Assembly: GCF_000315625.1 (NCBI RefSeq) | Contig: NW_005434666.1 | Coordinates: forward strand, 605,877 to 669,876 | Reading direction: 5' to 3' | From: Guillardia theta CCMP2712 | Lineage: Eukaryota; Protista; Cryptophyta | Length of the DNA stretch: 64,000 nucleotides | Shown: positions 1 to 12,294 of the stretch, piece after piece | Position numbering within the stretch: position 1 is the first letter of the stretch | Layout of the letters: every line of letters starts with the position of its first letter | Program-made: the position numbers and the translations under genes | The notes under the pieces: model-generated | Seen by the model: the letters and a program-made list of their open reading frames with translations, nothing else | What the model was told of the DNA's origin: nothing | Database searches by the model: none

Positions 1-2118
1 GGAAAATTGCGTGTATGGAGCCCGTACTTCAGAGACAACTGGAACTGTTTCGATTTTTGCATAGTCATGTTGAGCTTGCTGGATGCGAGTGGTTTGCTCA
101 ATGGTCTGACGTTCCTGAGATTACTTCGAGTCTTGAGGTTGTTCCGACTCGTGCGGAGAGTGAAGACATTGCAGCTCATGGTTCAAACGCTGCTCGGGGC
201 GATTCCATCCATCCTTAGTGCACTCTTCTTCCTCGGGATATGGATTTTCCTCTTTGCTTCTATTGGAATGGATCAAAGCATGTTTCCCAACGTGAAAATC
301 GGTATCGTCATTGATAGCAGATGGAACTTCACATCGTTGTACAATTCGATGATGTTGCTATTCCGCATTGCTACGGGAGATTCGTGGTTTGACATCGTGT
401 ATGATGGAGCTGTGTTACCGCCATACTGTACTGCCAACCCGGCGGCAGAGCATCCTATCCTGCTTGCAGGAGTGCCGGGAGATTGTGGGATCGGGTCAGG
501 ATCTTACATCTACTTTCTCGGGTTCTGGCTGGGCTGCAACTTTGTGTTCGGACCATTGTTTGTCGCAACGCTGATCAACTACTTCTTCGAGGCGCAGGTG
601 GACGTAGTTTCTCTCTTCAACAGAGACGATTGCGAGCTCTACGCGTCTGTGTGGTCTGAGTTTGACGAGAACGGCATCGGAAGGATCTCCATCGAGAACT
701 TGAGGCCCTTCATAGAACGACTTGCCGAGGTCGGGCACCGCGTGGGTTTCAGGACGTCGGAGAGCCCAGAGAGGTTCAAGAGCATTTGGTCGCGGGTAAT
801 GGCAGACCCTCTCAAGTTTCCAGAGCAAGGCCTCCTTGTAGCACAAGAAAAGGATAGAGAGAGACTTGGACTGAGCAAGATAGACCGAAACAACATCATC
901 AAAGCATCGCTGAATACTCAGAGGGCCAAACAAATCCGTAAATACATCTATGAGAATACCTTTGTGCAAGAGAGGAACGAAGTTGGATTTCACTACCTTG
1001 CAAAAGTTCTTGTGATTCATCAAGAAAACATAAAAGCTCCACTGACGACATCTGACCTTATCAATCGGGGCGCTGCCTTTCAACAGTTCATGGGTTTGTT
1101 GAACTACCACGAGATCCCTGGTCGTGAAGGGAAGGAAAATCAGAGATGGCAAGCGCTGGAGATTCACAATCGGTTGCTTTCTCCGCTCGATGCCAAGAAG
1201 GAGAAGTCTGGTGCAAGGGCCATCGACGTCTCACAGCTGCCGAGGATTTTCATGGCGATCGCGTACGTGAAGCAAGAGCTTCGTCCGAGAAGAGTCGGCG
1301 ATGAGGAGGTGAACAGGCCGACGGGAACCAAGAGGGAGGCGCTTGTCAGGAAGATAGCCTCTCTGCAGGATAGCTTCGACGAGATCATCAGCTCCCTTGT
1401 AGACAACATCCTGTGGGGTGTGGAGGACGACGACGACGACGAGGAGGAGGAGGAGCACGACGAGGACGAAGGTCACAGTGTGAAGGGCATCATCGACTTG
1501 CACCTGGAGCAGATCATGGACGAGACCATCTCCTTGTACGCGCAGCAGACATGCACCAGGTTGTCAGACAGGATGAAGAAGAGCAGCATGCCAGAGAGGC
1601 CGCACACGCAGCGGTACACGAGCAACATGCTGGAATCGGGGAAGATGGAGCCGCGAGTCTCGACGGTTCCTCGAGGATGGTTGAACGCGAGGAGGACGAG
1701 GAATCTGAAACGAGTCACCATCAACGACTGGACGGCGGACGAGAAGAACAAGGAGGCTACCGTTACAGCTCTGCAACGATTCTCAGCGGTGGAGCATCAC
1801 CCAGGGCATCAACCTCTGAGCATGTCCAACTTCAGCTCAGAGCTCAGGAGCAGGCTGCAGAGGCTGAGCAAGAACGACGTATGGAAGTCCATGTACAAGG
1901 AAACTTTCAGCAGGCGGGGAGGTGCAGGGGCTGCTACCCCAGCGAGTACGTGGAAGGGCGTGTATGCCATGAGCTTGCAACACGTGCAGGAGAGAATGCA
2001 GAGCCCTCAGGGCGAACCCCCTGGCTCAGACGAGAACGCCTCTGATTCAGCCAGAAGACAAGACGTGCTGCCGCGACAAAGTTTTCCCTTCTTCCCGATC
2101 TGCATGTCTGAAAGATGA
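1..2118 (+). CDS. Four-domain voltage-gated Ca2+/Na+ channel alpha subunit, 3' part (last repeat, EF-hand, long C-tail); 5' truncated by the window, possible extra small exons to about 2388
   Basis: ORF 7..2118 has S3 (WNCFDFCIV), S4 voltage sensor (LRLLRVLRLFRLVRR), pore loop (LLFRIATGDSW), S6 (FVATLINYF) and an EF-hand-like segment (VWSEFDENGIGRISIENL). Confidence 0.9.
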   Translation, partial: GKLRVWSPYFRDNWNCFDFCIVMLSLLDASGLLNGLTFLRLLRVLRLFRLVRRVKTLQLMVQTLLGAIPSILSALFFLGIWIFLFASIGMDQSMFPNVKIGIVIDSRWNFTSLYNSMMLLFRIATGDSWFDIVYDGAVLPPYCTANPAAEHPILLAGVPGDCGIGSGSYIYFLGFWLGCNFVFGPLFVATLINYFFEAQVDVVSLFNRDDCELYASVWSEFDENGIGRISIENLRPFIERLAEVGHRVGFRTSESPERFKSIWSRVMADPLKFPEQGLLVAQEKDRERLGLSKIDRNNIIKASLNTQRAKQIRKYIYENTFVQERNEVGFHYLAKVLVIHQENIKAPLTTSDLINRGAAFQQFMGLLNYHEIPGREGKENQRWQALEIHNRLLSPLDAKKEKSGARAIDVSQLPRIFMAIAYVKQELRPRRVGDEEVNRPTGTKREALVRKIASLQDSFDEIISSLVDNILWGVEDDDDDEEEEEHDEDEGHSVKGIIDLHLEQIMDETISLYAQQTCTRLSDRMKKSSMPERPHTQRYTSNMLESGKMEPRVSTVPRGWLNARRTRNLKRVTINDWTADEKNKEATVTALQRFSAVEHHPGHQPLSMSNFSSELRSRLQRLSKNDVWKSMYKETFSRRGGAGAATPASTWKGVYAMSLQHVQERMQSPQGEPPGSDENASDSARRQDVLPRQSFPFFPICMSER

Positions 2119-2473
2119 AATGTTACGATGAATTACAAGCCATGTCGTCGTTTTATGACTGGCACTTGGATTACAGGTACAGCTCTACACTCCTTCCAAG
2201 CTTGAAGCTGGAATCGAAGTATTTCTTTGAAGCAGGCTGGATTCAAACATGTAAGGTCATCAGAAGCGAAATCAGTCACATGCTCGTACCCTGCTTGCTT
2301 TAGAGAAGTCAGAATCCCAGATTTGACGAGACCCAAGTTCTGTTCAAGACAAAAGTGAATCATGTAAGAAGTTTCAATGTAAGTTAGCAAATAAAATTCA
2401 CCTTTTCACTAGAAATTAAGGTGTTTTGCTCTGTTTCCTCGCGTGTCAGTTCAATGTTGATAACTTTTACACA

Positions 2474-4040
2474 TTATACACGAAAGAATGAAAGTGTACC
2501 TATCGAAGGGCTTGTGACAGCTCCTTTGTTAACGATCGGGCGGAAAGGGAGGATTTCCTGACGTCCTTCTTGAATTGCCATGTTCTGCGCCTTCTGCTCC
2601 TGCAACCTTTGCTTTGCCAACTCTCCTTTCACGAATGGACAAAGAGGGCTCAGTCGGCTGTACGATCGTCAAGTCGTCCTACACCTCCTCGTCAACCTCC
2701 TACCTGTGAATCAGCAACGGATCGTCGCCTTCCTGCCACCCCTCAGCCATCGCTCTATTTGCACCTCGTCATTCCTCTCACTTGCAAACTCCAACTCCTC
2801 ATACCGGCATTCAAAGCACACCGTCAGACCCTCCAATCCCTCTCGGTTTGCCAGCACCCATCCTGCGCCTGCCATTCTAGCTGGAGACTGCGGAAGCTTC
2901 AGGACCGGATCTCTTGCATCGCGGCAGACTAGCACCAGCGAGCTTGTCTCTCCCCTCGTCGTGCTCCAAGCTGGTTTCCCTGCAGTGCTGGCGAGGAATG
3001 TAGCCAGTCGTGCGTCAAGCTCCCTGCATGCTCGTCACCTCCGGGGGTATGAGGAGGCGGCGTGTTACCTGTGCTGTGGGGTAACGAACTGCACGAGAGG
3101 TTGAAATGAGCTTTTAGAGTCATTGACGTGTGTTTCTTGCGTGGAGTCCATCAGGGGAGTAAGGCGTCGCCATAAAGAGTTTTGCTGTGACAAGGCCTCG
3201 AGGTAGGCAGGGTTTAGGCTTGGGTGGACGTACGTGACTTGGGTTCCCTGCCCTTCTATGAGAGACGAGACAAGCAGATCGATACTCACTTGACGGTACA
3301 TAATCCTCCCCCCCTCATCCCGAGTCTTCTCCCAACCCAGAGGCAGCGGCTGATTCAAAGTGAAGGGATGAAACCTGTGCACACAGTTTCTCAACCTCAC
3401 ACCTCAGCTCGCACGTAAGTTACCACGTGGTTTCCCTGGTAGACTTGTTGACATAAAATATTTTGCCGTCATAGACCCTAGACTCCCAGTCTCCTCCACC
3501 AACTAGCACGAGGTCCACTTGCTTGTCGTCCTCAACCTCTTCTGCCTCCTTGGAAGAGTGGTTCCAAACCTGCTCGCGGTGCTCCAGCAACCTTCTTTGC
3601 GATTCAATGAATCCTGCGTCTTGCGACGAAGCCAGCAGCGAGCTCAAGGAGTTCGCCTGTTCTCTGACGTACTGAGGCGTTTCTGTTTGGAAAGGTCGAC
3701 AGTCACAACATGTGGAAAAGGTTTAGATTGGATTACCTGCGAGTTTCTTGAGCATGGTCTCATGATCTTGGGCTTGCTTCTTCTTGCTCGCGATATCAGA
3801 TCGAATCGTCTCCTCTATGTCCGAAGACACAAGCGCGTACGCCCTTGAAATTGGATCTATCACTCGAACCGAGTGCAGTCCGTCGATGGAAATTTGACCA
3901 TGGGAGGAGGAGGAAGGAGGGAGAGACTGTGAGGACTTGATATGCTGTGAGACATTAGCAAGTGCTTCCTCTATCTCCTCACTTCCTGCACTCATCACCC
4001 CAAACACGCGTCCTCCTCCCTTCACCTTCCCCCACACCAT
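2474..4040 (-). CDS. WW-domain protein with coiled coils (multi-exon; ends approximate)
   Basis: Exon ORFs 3723-4040, 3420-3647 (DWESRVYDGKIFYVNKSTRETTW) and 3065-3400 (PLPLGWEKTRDEGGRIMY) give two WW signatures. Confidence 0.7.
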
Positions 4041-4126
4041 GGCCTGGGCCTGAAAAGGTAGCCCAGTTCACCCAATCACGGATATCCTCCCGGATACTTC
4101 CGGATACCGGACCCGTTTACCTCTTC

Positions 4127-4742
4127 ATGGTGGCTAATCGGCTGGCTGGCAAGGGCCGGGTTGAGGGAGGGAGGGGGGACAAGGGGAGGAAGGCAGGCAG
4201 GCAGGCAGGAAGGCAGGCAGGCAGGCAGGGAAGGAAAGCGTGTAGTGAGCGAGAGAGGCAGCGAAGGACCAAGAAACTAGTCAATGTATTCAATGACACC
4301 CTAGACGAGGTGCTGACCTATGATGTTGATTACCTGGAACAAGACACGAATCAAGTCAGTGAGCCTGCATGACAGAGATGGCGGAGCCTGAGGGCCGGCG
4401 CATCCACTCGTGGAGCTGGTTGAACCGGTGAGGACATCGTGTCTCTCACTGCCCCCAGATAACTGACAAGCGTCTTCTCGATGCAACAACAGACATCTTC
4501 TTGCTCGGTGTAACGCAGCAGAGGCCACTCAGAGCGGCATCTTGGTGGGCAACTCACTTTTCACTGAGTTGACTCTTGCTCACTTGGCGCAGGGCTGCAT
4601 CGCTCCGTTCAAGGCCATGACTAACCAGGAGCAAGCTGAAGTCTACGTGGACAAGATCGGTCGGCTAGACCCTCATGCTAACCCCTTGATGGGAATACAC
4701 ACATTCGATGATCCGACGGCTGGCCTGCCTGCTGGGTATTAA
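4127..4742 (+). CDS. Small hypothetical protein (about 98 aa, spliced)
   Basis: A consistent GT-AG model reads M|RRTKKLVNVFNDTLDEVLTYDVDYLEQDTNQ|ITDKRLLDATTDIFLLG|GCIAPFKAMTNQEQAEVYVDKIG...PAGY*; no family recognised. Confidence 0.45.
4192..4230 (+). repeat. (GGCA)n microsatellite in a putative intron
   Basis: ggcaggcaggcaggcaggaaggcaggcaggcaggcagg read directly. Confidence 0.85.
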
Positions 4743-4816
4743 ACCACGTACATTGCAAACAGTTTTGTAAATAAAGAGTATTACAACAAACGAATTTAAT
4801 TTGGGTATGGTAACAG

Positions 4817-5576
4817 CTACAACGAATAAAATAAGAAGATCATGCAGTTCGGAAAAGGCACAATCAAGACACCACAAGGAATCCAGAGATGGAATATGAG
4901 AACAATTTCGTATGGAAGGTTTTCCAACACGAATGGATCAATATAATTTGCATGGCCAAGTTTTGGCGCTGCAGCTAGTTGACTTGCAATGGTTTTTCCT
5001 TCAGTCCGACAGTATTTCTGTTGTTTGGGTTTGCAGGACATCTTTCTTCATGTGCTTTTAGTTTGCGCAATTCCATCCTGCAAACAGCTGAGAATCAGAG
5101 GAGCGATCGATCGCATGAAAGCAACTTGCCCACCTGTGTCGAGGATCGTATTTACAACGAGGAGAGTGCACGTTGCCTACCCAACTCGTGTGCCTGATGT
5201 CCATGTCGTGCACACCCTGCCCTTTTTTCCTTCGAGATGTCCTTGGTTTGTCGTGACCAGCCCTGACAACTCGATTCGACTTGACGTTGAGGAAATCCCC
5301 TGCCCTTTCAGCATCGATAGACTGCGACTGAGAGTGTCCGATACAAGTGCGATCTAGGCGCACGCGGGACTTGAGAGGCGATAAGAGGCCCTTTGAACCG
5401 TCGGCTCCAATGGTTTCACCAGGTCTCCAGCCGCATTTCTTCATCAACTTTGCACCAATCCCCTCGCCTTCGCTGTCGGCTTCACTTTGGGAGCTCCTCT
5501 CAGTTGGATCACAGGCGGCAGCTGACTCATCAAGGTCTGGTGAAGACTCAGGTTCTTCCATGGAGCTCATCATCAT
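4817..5576 (-). CDS. G-patch domain protein (3' end approximate)
   Basis: GIGAKLMKKCGWRPGETIGADGSKGLLSPL matches the G-patch glycine pattern. Confidence 0.75.
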
Positions 5577-5892
5577 CCGCTGCTGCTGCTGCTAGAAACT
5601 CACCCAGCGATCTCCCAGCCCCTCCCTCCTTAACCCTCCAGCACCTGCACAGCCTGCATGGGTCTTTACGGGAAACCGTTGACAACCGTTCTACAAATCT
5701 CAGTCAGAATGTACCATGGACCGTTATGATTTGCGACCAAACGTTACACCCGTCTCAAACCGACATGGCGGGTTCTCAATTGGAACCCGCACGGCCCGGC
5801 GCAGCTTCATGGAGGAGGATGCGTGCGAGCAAGAAGAGGAAGGCGACGAGGCGACTCACAGGAGCTGACAGCTGAGCGCACAAACAGCGAGC

Positions 5893-8800
5893 ATGATCGT
5901 CAGCCAAGAAGTCTTCGAATGGCTAGAAAAGATCGGGATGATCGCTGGAGGGAGGGAGACTGCTCATGGGCAAGTAGAACTTCCGAGAGAGGCAGCGGAA
6001 GGGATCATGTCCGGTAGATTGATGGCTTCAATCATGCTGAAAGCTCTTGGCAACAAGCAGCCTCTGATGAAAGACCAGAACTCCATTCAAAATCTGCGCA
6101 ATGTTTCTATGCAGCAGCAGCCAAACGATAACCATCAGCTGGCTGCATCTGAGAGACTGTATGTTTGGAACATTCTGTCATCACTGCTGAATCGCATCAA
6201 GATAAGCATATCTGGAGACGAGAAGAGTTTGATCATTGCAGGGGATGAGGACATTGCTGTTGGCCTGTTGTTAGAGATCATGAAGAAATCTTCGGAAGGG
6301 AAGGGGAAAGGAGCTGTTTCGCCGAATAATTCAAGACCGCAGAAGCGAAATCTGAATATCATGCAACAGATTGATGATGATGCCAAGACAAAAATACAGG
6401 ATGTCCATCAACCTCAAAGGCCTATGAAGCCAGATGATCGCTCCAACAGACCCCCGGTGTCTGGTGGGAATAGTCACAAATCCACTCCAGCACAAGGATA
6501 CAGGCCCGTGCCGCGTGAGTTTCCTGCTGGATTAAGTTCACCTGTAAGAAGTGCTTCGAATTTCGGTGCAAATCAGAACGCGATGCTTCCCTTCATACAG
6601 AACGGAAGTCCGAATAACGATCGTTACGGGCTTCATTCCGAAGGCTCCAGTTTCAAACATGCCGGCAACCACCTCAATATCAACATAGCTTCCTATTCTT
6701 CTGTCCAAAGCAATCCTTCACCGTACGCAGAACGAAACGTGCTTAGCGCGATGATTCATGCTATCTCCACGATACTTTCCACTTCCTTAGGTTTGAATCT
6801 GCATGACGCGATCCAGATCCTGGTTGAACCTGGTCAGGTAACTTCATATCCATTGCATGATCGTTCTTATTTGTTCAGATTGATCTGTCCTGACATTGCG
6901 CCTTTCAGCCGAAGATCAAACTTCTTTTCTGCAAAGCTGCATGGCCACACGTTTCCGATGAAACACATTTGCAGATTTTAAGGGAACTGGAATCCAAAAT
7001 CTTGGTCACGTTGAAGTCCAACTCAGATCTGCAAAAAGAGATGTATCATGCGAACGATGTTCATGTATTTTTGTCTGTGGTGCATTTTGCCGTTCTGAGC
7101 AGTTCGAATTCAACGGTCCAACTGGCGTGCAAGATATTGAGGGAGACTTCAACCTGCAGGACTGACCAGCATTGGAGTTCTCTGTTATGGATGTGGCTGT
7201 CCAGAAGAGAGATGGGTGGTGGTGCAATATCAACATTTCTAGATGCCTTTCGAAAGCACAGAGACATGATTTCTCGTGGACTCATCATAACACTTCTACT
7301 CTCGTTGGCTCGCGCAAACATCCGTGCTTTGTTTGCCGTAGAGCTTCCGGCCCGGCTGCTTGACGATGCGGAGAACCTGAATGTTCTTAGTGCGATTCTG
7401 AAATACATTGCAAATGTAAGCCGTGCTGTTTTGTTTCATCAGCGATCAACGTGGAATCAATGGATTGACGAATATTTTGCAGGATCCTTCGAGCCATGAA
7501 GTTTTCGTCAAAGGAGGGGGGTTGATTGAGATGCTCCAATTCATACAGAGAGAGAGCCCAGCATCAAGGCCTCGAAGCAACAGAATTGCAGCTATCACCA
7601 TTCTCGCCACGTTTTGGGTCGGCTTTCTCAATGACCTTGCTTCTATTCAGGGATTACAAGACAAACTCTGGATCACGCTCCGCACTTTGCTACCTCAACC
7701 AGATCCTGCATCAAGCGATCTGGAGAAGAAAAATGAAAACAATCTTAACAATGGATCGATAGGACAGACTGCGACAAGTGCTGAAGACTTGCAATCTGCA
7801 TTCTCAGCTAACCAAGCGCTGCTTCAGCTACTCTCCGGGTTCATTGACGCTCGATCCTCGAATTCCAGCTTGGCATACAAGTTGGTGGTTCAAGCTTTGC
7901 TGACTTGGTACTCAAACACGGAGATGAGGTCTGTTACTAATCTTTTTCATCCGATTTCTTCATCGCATCTTTCTCATGACTTCATTCGACAGGAAACTGA
8001 TTCAGACGCACTTGGGAAACATTCTGCAATCAACTCCTCGAATGCCATTGAGTATTTTGATTGAGCCCTACATGAAGAAAGTCCAGAGCCACGGAGTTTC
8101 TGACTTCGACCACTCTTTCTTGTCCATTCTCTCTCGACATCCTCGGTAACGACTGAATCGTTCTCCTGCACCTATCCCCGATAGCCTGAAGCTTTGCCCT
8201 AGGCTTGAACCTGCGCATGGGTTAATGATGTTGGACGTGTTGGCCCAGATTTGCATCTCTAAACAGAAAGAAGAATTTTCTGATATTTTCATCTTTTTGT
8301 TGGATCGTTTCAGAACCTATGAATCGGTACAAGACTTCGTTAAGAGACTTGTCAAGCTCTGTCTCTCCGTTGCATTGATGGGGTCCAAAGTCTTGAAAGA
8401 AATGAACATCGAGATACATAGAAAGGAACAACCAAGATTGGAGACGAGATTGCATGTGTTGTCGTTAGTTCATCGCATTGTGAAGCTGTCGTGTAGCGCG
8501 TTCAACGATGGGATAAAGCATCTGATTGAGGCAAGTCTGGCCCTCTACATCTAACTTCCCTGACGTGCTTGGAACAGACTGTCATCAAATCAAAGGAAGA
8601 ACTTGATCCAGCAATAGCGTCACTGTTTCAGGAGCTGGGGGCCTTGATAGGTCTGGTACGAGCCTCACAAGAAGTTCGAGCCCAAGATGTGGTCCGAAGC
8701 CAATCTAGTGGGGCCTCGGACATCAACCGGAAGAGCGTTAATGAGGCTCCTCGTCGTGACAAGCCCGTGCAGCTTGTTCAGAGAAGTGTACAGGCCCCGA

Positions 8801-11800
8801 TTGTGAAGAACATGAAGGAGGGAGTCAAGAATGAACCACCTAGATACATTCATTCGGCTGAGTCAGATGATAGTGTGTTGCTATCTGATGTGGACAGTCC
8901 CCGTAAGGTTAAGCAACCAGTCTACCTGAGTGAAATCATTTGACTTGTGCATGAACAGGAAGCGTATACGATATTATCGTCTGAGAGAAGCTCTAGAAGT
9001 GAAAAACATCCTGCCATGGTCTGTTCTTTCAGCTCCTTCTTTGTGTGAGTCGAATTCTGCAGGTTCCCCAACCCAATCCCAACGTTGTTCTGCACCCACC
9101 AAAGGATCGTATCAGAGAACCGAAACTCAATCGAGAAAATTCACGCCCCGAGTTGCAGATGCAGGAGGACTTGAAACAGCCGCAGGTATTTCTCCTCGAG
9201 ATACTGTGCTTCCTATTGACCATGGGTTAGCCTCCTCAAGCTCCCTCACAGAAAATCTCAGCAGCTGAAAGAAGAGCTGCGAATCTTGAGCGAGCGAAGA
9301 AGTTGGAGGAAGAAAGGAAGAAGGCTATCATATCCAAGAGAGAGGATCAAGATGACAGGAAGGCCAAGAAACTCCCGAATGTCCTTACCAAGGACGAGGT
9401 CCTCTCACAGGAACTCCTACAGCGATCGAATCACCTAGTTCAACTCATACCCGGTGTTGCAGGTAGCGAAGAAGGAGAAGAAGAGCCTGGTACCCGGCCG
9501 GCCATCATCGGTCCTAAGGGGAAGGGGAGGACGGGATAGCAGAAGCAGCATGTCGGACGGAAACAGCGATGATGACCGCATGTCTCTTCCTCCTCCTGAA
9601 GGACCATTACAGAGGCTCATGCGGTGATGCAACTCAGAGGAGGCCTCTCGGGGTCTGATAGGATGTCGCAATGCAGGCCGACGAGCCCCAAGACGAAGAA
9701 GAGGGAAGCCGAGATCGCAGAGATCAAGCGAAAACGAGAGATGCGGCTGCAGATGCAGAAGGAGCAGGCGGAGATGGTGGGTGGCTGTTTGCTAGGCTCC
9801 TGCTGGCTCCTGAGATGATGGTTGCAGGCGCGTGCGAGAGAGAGGGAGCTGTTTTTGAAAGCTCGGATGGAGGTTGAGCAAAGGATGGCTGTGCTGAAGA
9901 AAGCCCGAGGCGAACTCTTACCCTCGGAATCTTTTCTGGACGAAGAACGAGGCGAGGGCTCATTCATGGATGATTCTCCTACAAGGGAATCGAATACGGC
10001 GCCGAGATTCAACTTGCGCGAGCACGCAAAGCATTTCACTTCCAAGTAGACCATGAGGAGGAGGAGCGGGGGGAGGAGGAGCTGACGCGTTGACAGTTCT
10101 CGTTTCGATTTGGAGAGACATGTCTTCATGTGGAAAAATGAACCGAGAAGGTGAGGAATCTAAGGAATCAAGATCGGGGATGAACTTTATGGTCATTCCA
10201 GGCGGGAAACGGTTCAAACCGTGTTAAGGATTCTCGAGGAGATCTTCGTCGAAGTCACCACCGATCGATCGGAAAGCTCATTAGCCCTGCCTCGCAAGGG
10301 CGTTCGTTTGAGGAGAAATGGGGAAGAAATGGGCAGCAGGCAGAGTGATGGGCAAGGTGAATGTCGATTGATGAAGTCTCTTGTACATAACAACCATGGC
10401 ATCTAGAAAATTCTTCGCACAGATTACACCGAGAAGACTCTAGCACGTCAAGAAACAGAGACTCGTCGAGCTTTGACAACGTCAGCAAGAGCAAAGACGC
10501 TGGGGATCTGAAATACTGACATTGGTGCAGTTTGACAAGTACTTGCTATCAAAATCCAGCATGACGAACGACGAGCAGTTGAAGAAAATGTACCGCCGGC
10601 AGGCAAGTCCTCCATGTCAACTAGGAACTTCTTATTGTAGAACCCCAGGCATACCTCAGGAGGAAACTTTCCAAGTACAGGTAGTTTCCCCATTCACGTC
10701 CTCGCCATTCTTGACTTCATCTCAGGGAAGAGAAGGCACTGCAGGAAGCCCAAAGGCTGCGAGATGAGGCTGTGATCAAGAAGGCGATGGAGCAGGTCCT
10801 TGTAGTCGCCATGGAATCGCCCTTTCCTGATTGTGGGAATGAACAGGAGAAACGAAGGCAGCGAGAAAATGAAGCTCAGAGGAGAGCCAAGGTGGGGGGA
10901 TTCGGAGTCTACGATGATGTGCTACTGACTGATCTCTTTCCTTGCAGCTCAAGGAGAAAATCGCCGCCTACAAGCAGAAACTGGAGGAGGAAAGAAAGGA
11001 GGTGTGCATGAATCGTTTGGAAGCGATGAAGATTGACCCGAAGACTTCTTGTTACAACAGAAGAGTCTGGAGGAGAAGAAGAAGGAGAACGTCTCCAGGG
11101 AGGAACATCGGGATAGAATCCAGAAGGCAAGGGCTTCACGTGCTCAGGGCCATGGCTGCTGATCCGATTTCTCAGTACTTGAGAAGCAAGAAGAGTGGAA
11201 ACGACCTCAAAGGGAATCCCAAGGGCGATGATCGGGGCGTGCAACACGCCAGGCAGGAGTCGGCCTCGAAGCAGAGGAGCGCGCGGAGGTGAGACAGTTC
11301 TCTGACTCGCGAGACTACTGACGAGTCTGTCAGGGATGTGGAAGTCGTGGACCTCTTGAACACTGACTTCATCCCTGAGCCCACAAATCTCGGTGCGGCC
11401 CAGGCTTGTGCTACTTTCAGGGTGACTGCCGATACAGGATTGATCGGCCCCAAGACTCAACTTCCCGAGCACAACGGGGGGGGATCAGAGCAGGGAAAGC
11501 TTGAGCCTGAGGATGCTTCTGCAGACCCCCCAGCTGAAAGCCAAGAGGCCGATCCCCCAGCAGAAAGCCAGGAGGCCGATCCCCCAGCTGAAAGCCAGGA
11601 GGCCGATCCTCCAGCTGGAAAACAGGAGGCCGATCCTCAAGCTGAAAGCCAGGAGGCCGATCCCCCAGCTGAAAGCCAGGAGGCCGATCCCCCAGCTGAA
11701 AGCCAGGAGGCCGATCCCCCAGCTGAAAGCCAGGAGGCCGATCCCCCAGCTGAAAGCCAGGAGGCCGATCCCCCAGCTGAAAGCCAGGAGGCCGATCCCC

Positions 11801-12105
11801 CAGCTGAAAGCCAGGAGGCCGATCCTCCAGCTGAAAGCCAGGAGGCCGATCCCTCAGCTGGAGACCCAGCGGACCCTTCAGCTGAAAACCAGGAAGCGGT
11901 TCACGAAGAGTCGTCCGAGACGACAGGAGATGCTGGTGCAGCGGACGAGGGAGAGGCTGTAGAGAAGAAGCCCGCCGGACAAGAGCAGGTTTGAGGTCGG
12001 AGGGGGGAGACTGGACGGAGAGCTGATTGTTTCTGGAAGGGGATTCTCTCGCCGAACGGGAAGGAAGAGAAGTGGGAGGTTGAGGACGAGGAGCCTCAGG
12101 GGTGA
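5893..12105 (+). CDS. Large multi-exon protein: N-terminal calponin-homology-like domain, helical/ARM-like middle, coiled coils, C-terminal acidic tandem repeat (could be two genes)
   Basis: Chain of + strand exon ORFs (5893-6981, 6969-7499, 7423-8064, 8225-8554, 8569-8943 ... 11338-11994) separated by short GT-AG introns. N-terminal VFEWLEKIG...RLYVWNILSSLL...LIIAGD...LLLEI resembles a CH domain. Last exon ends at TGA 12103-12105. Confidence 0.55.
11521..11844 (+). repeat. Coding minisatellite, 12 x 27 bp (ADPPAESQE)
   Basis: Unit gccgatcccccagctgaaagccaggag repeated 12 times, followed by degenerate copies to about 11895. Confidence 0.95.
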
Positions 12106-12294
12106 GGATGTAAGATAATCGCTAGTTCACATGTAAATTAAAGAACCTCAAGTGCCACGGTCAGACCAACTTTGTTACCCACTTTTCTTGCCGCCAAATT
12201 TTTAAATTTAAAATTTCACATTCCCCCATAGAAGCTCCACCGCAATGGCGTGCTCGGCTCGCTGCTCCTGAGGGAGCGGGGGGAAGTCTTGAAC

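Noticed and set aside
11501-11962. Alternative-frame ORF (RRPIPQLKA)n as a separate gene
   Set aside because: It is open only because the 27-bp unit lacks stops in that frame; the flanking exon fits the ADPPAESQE frame.
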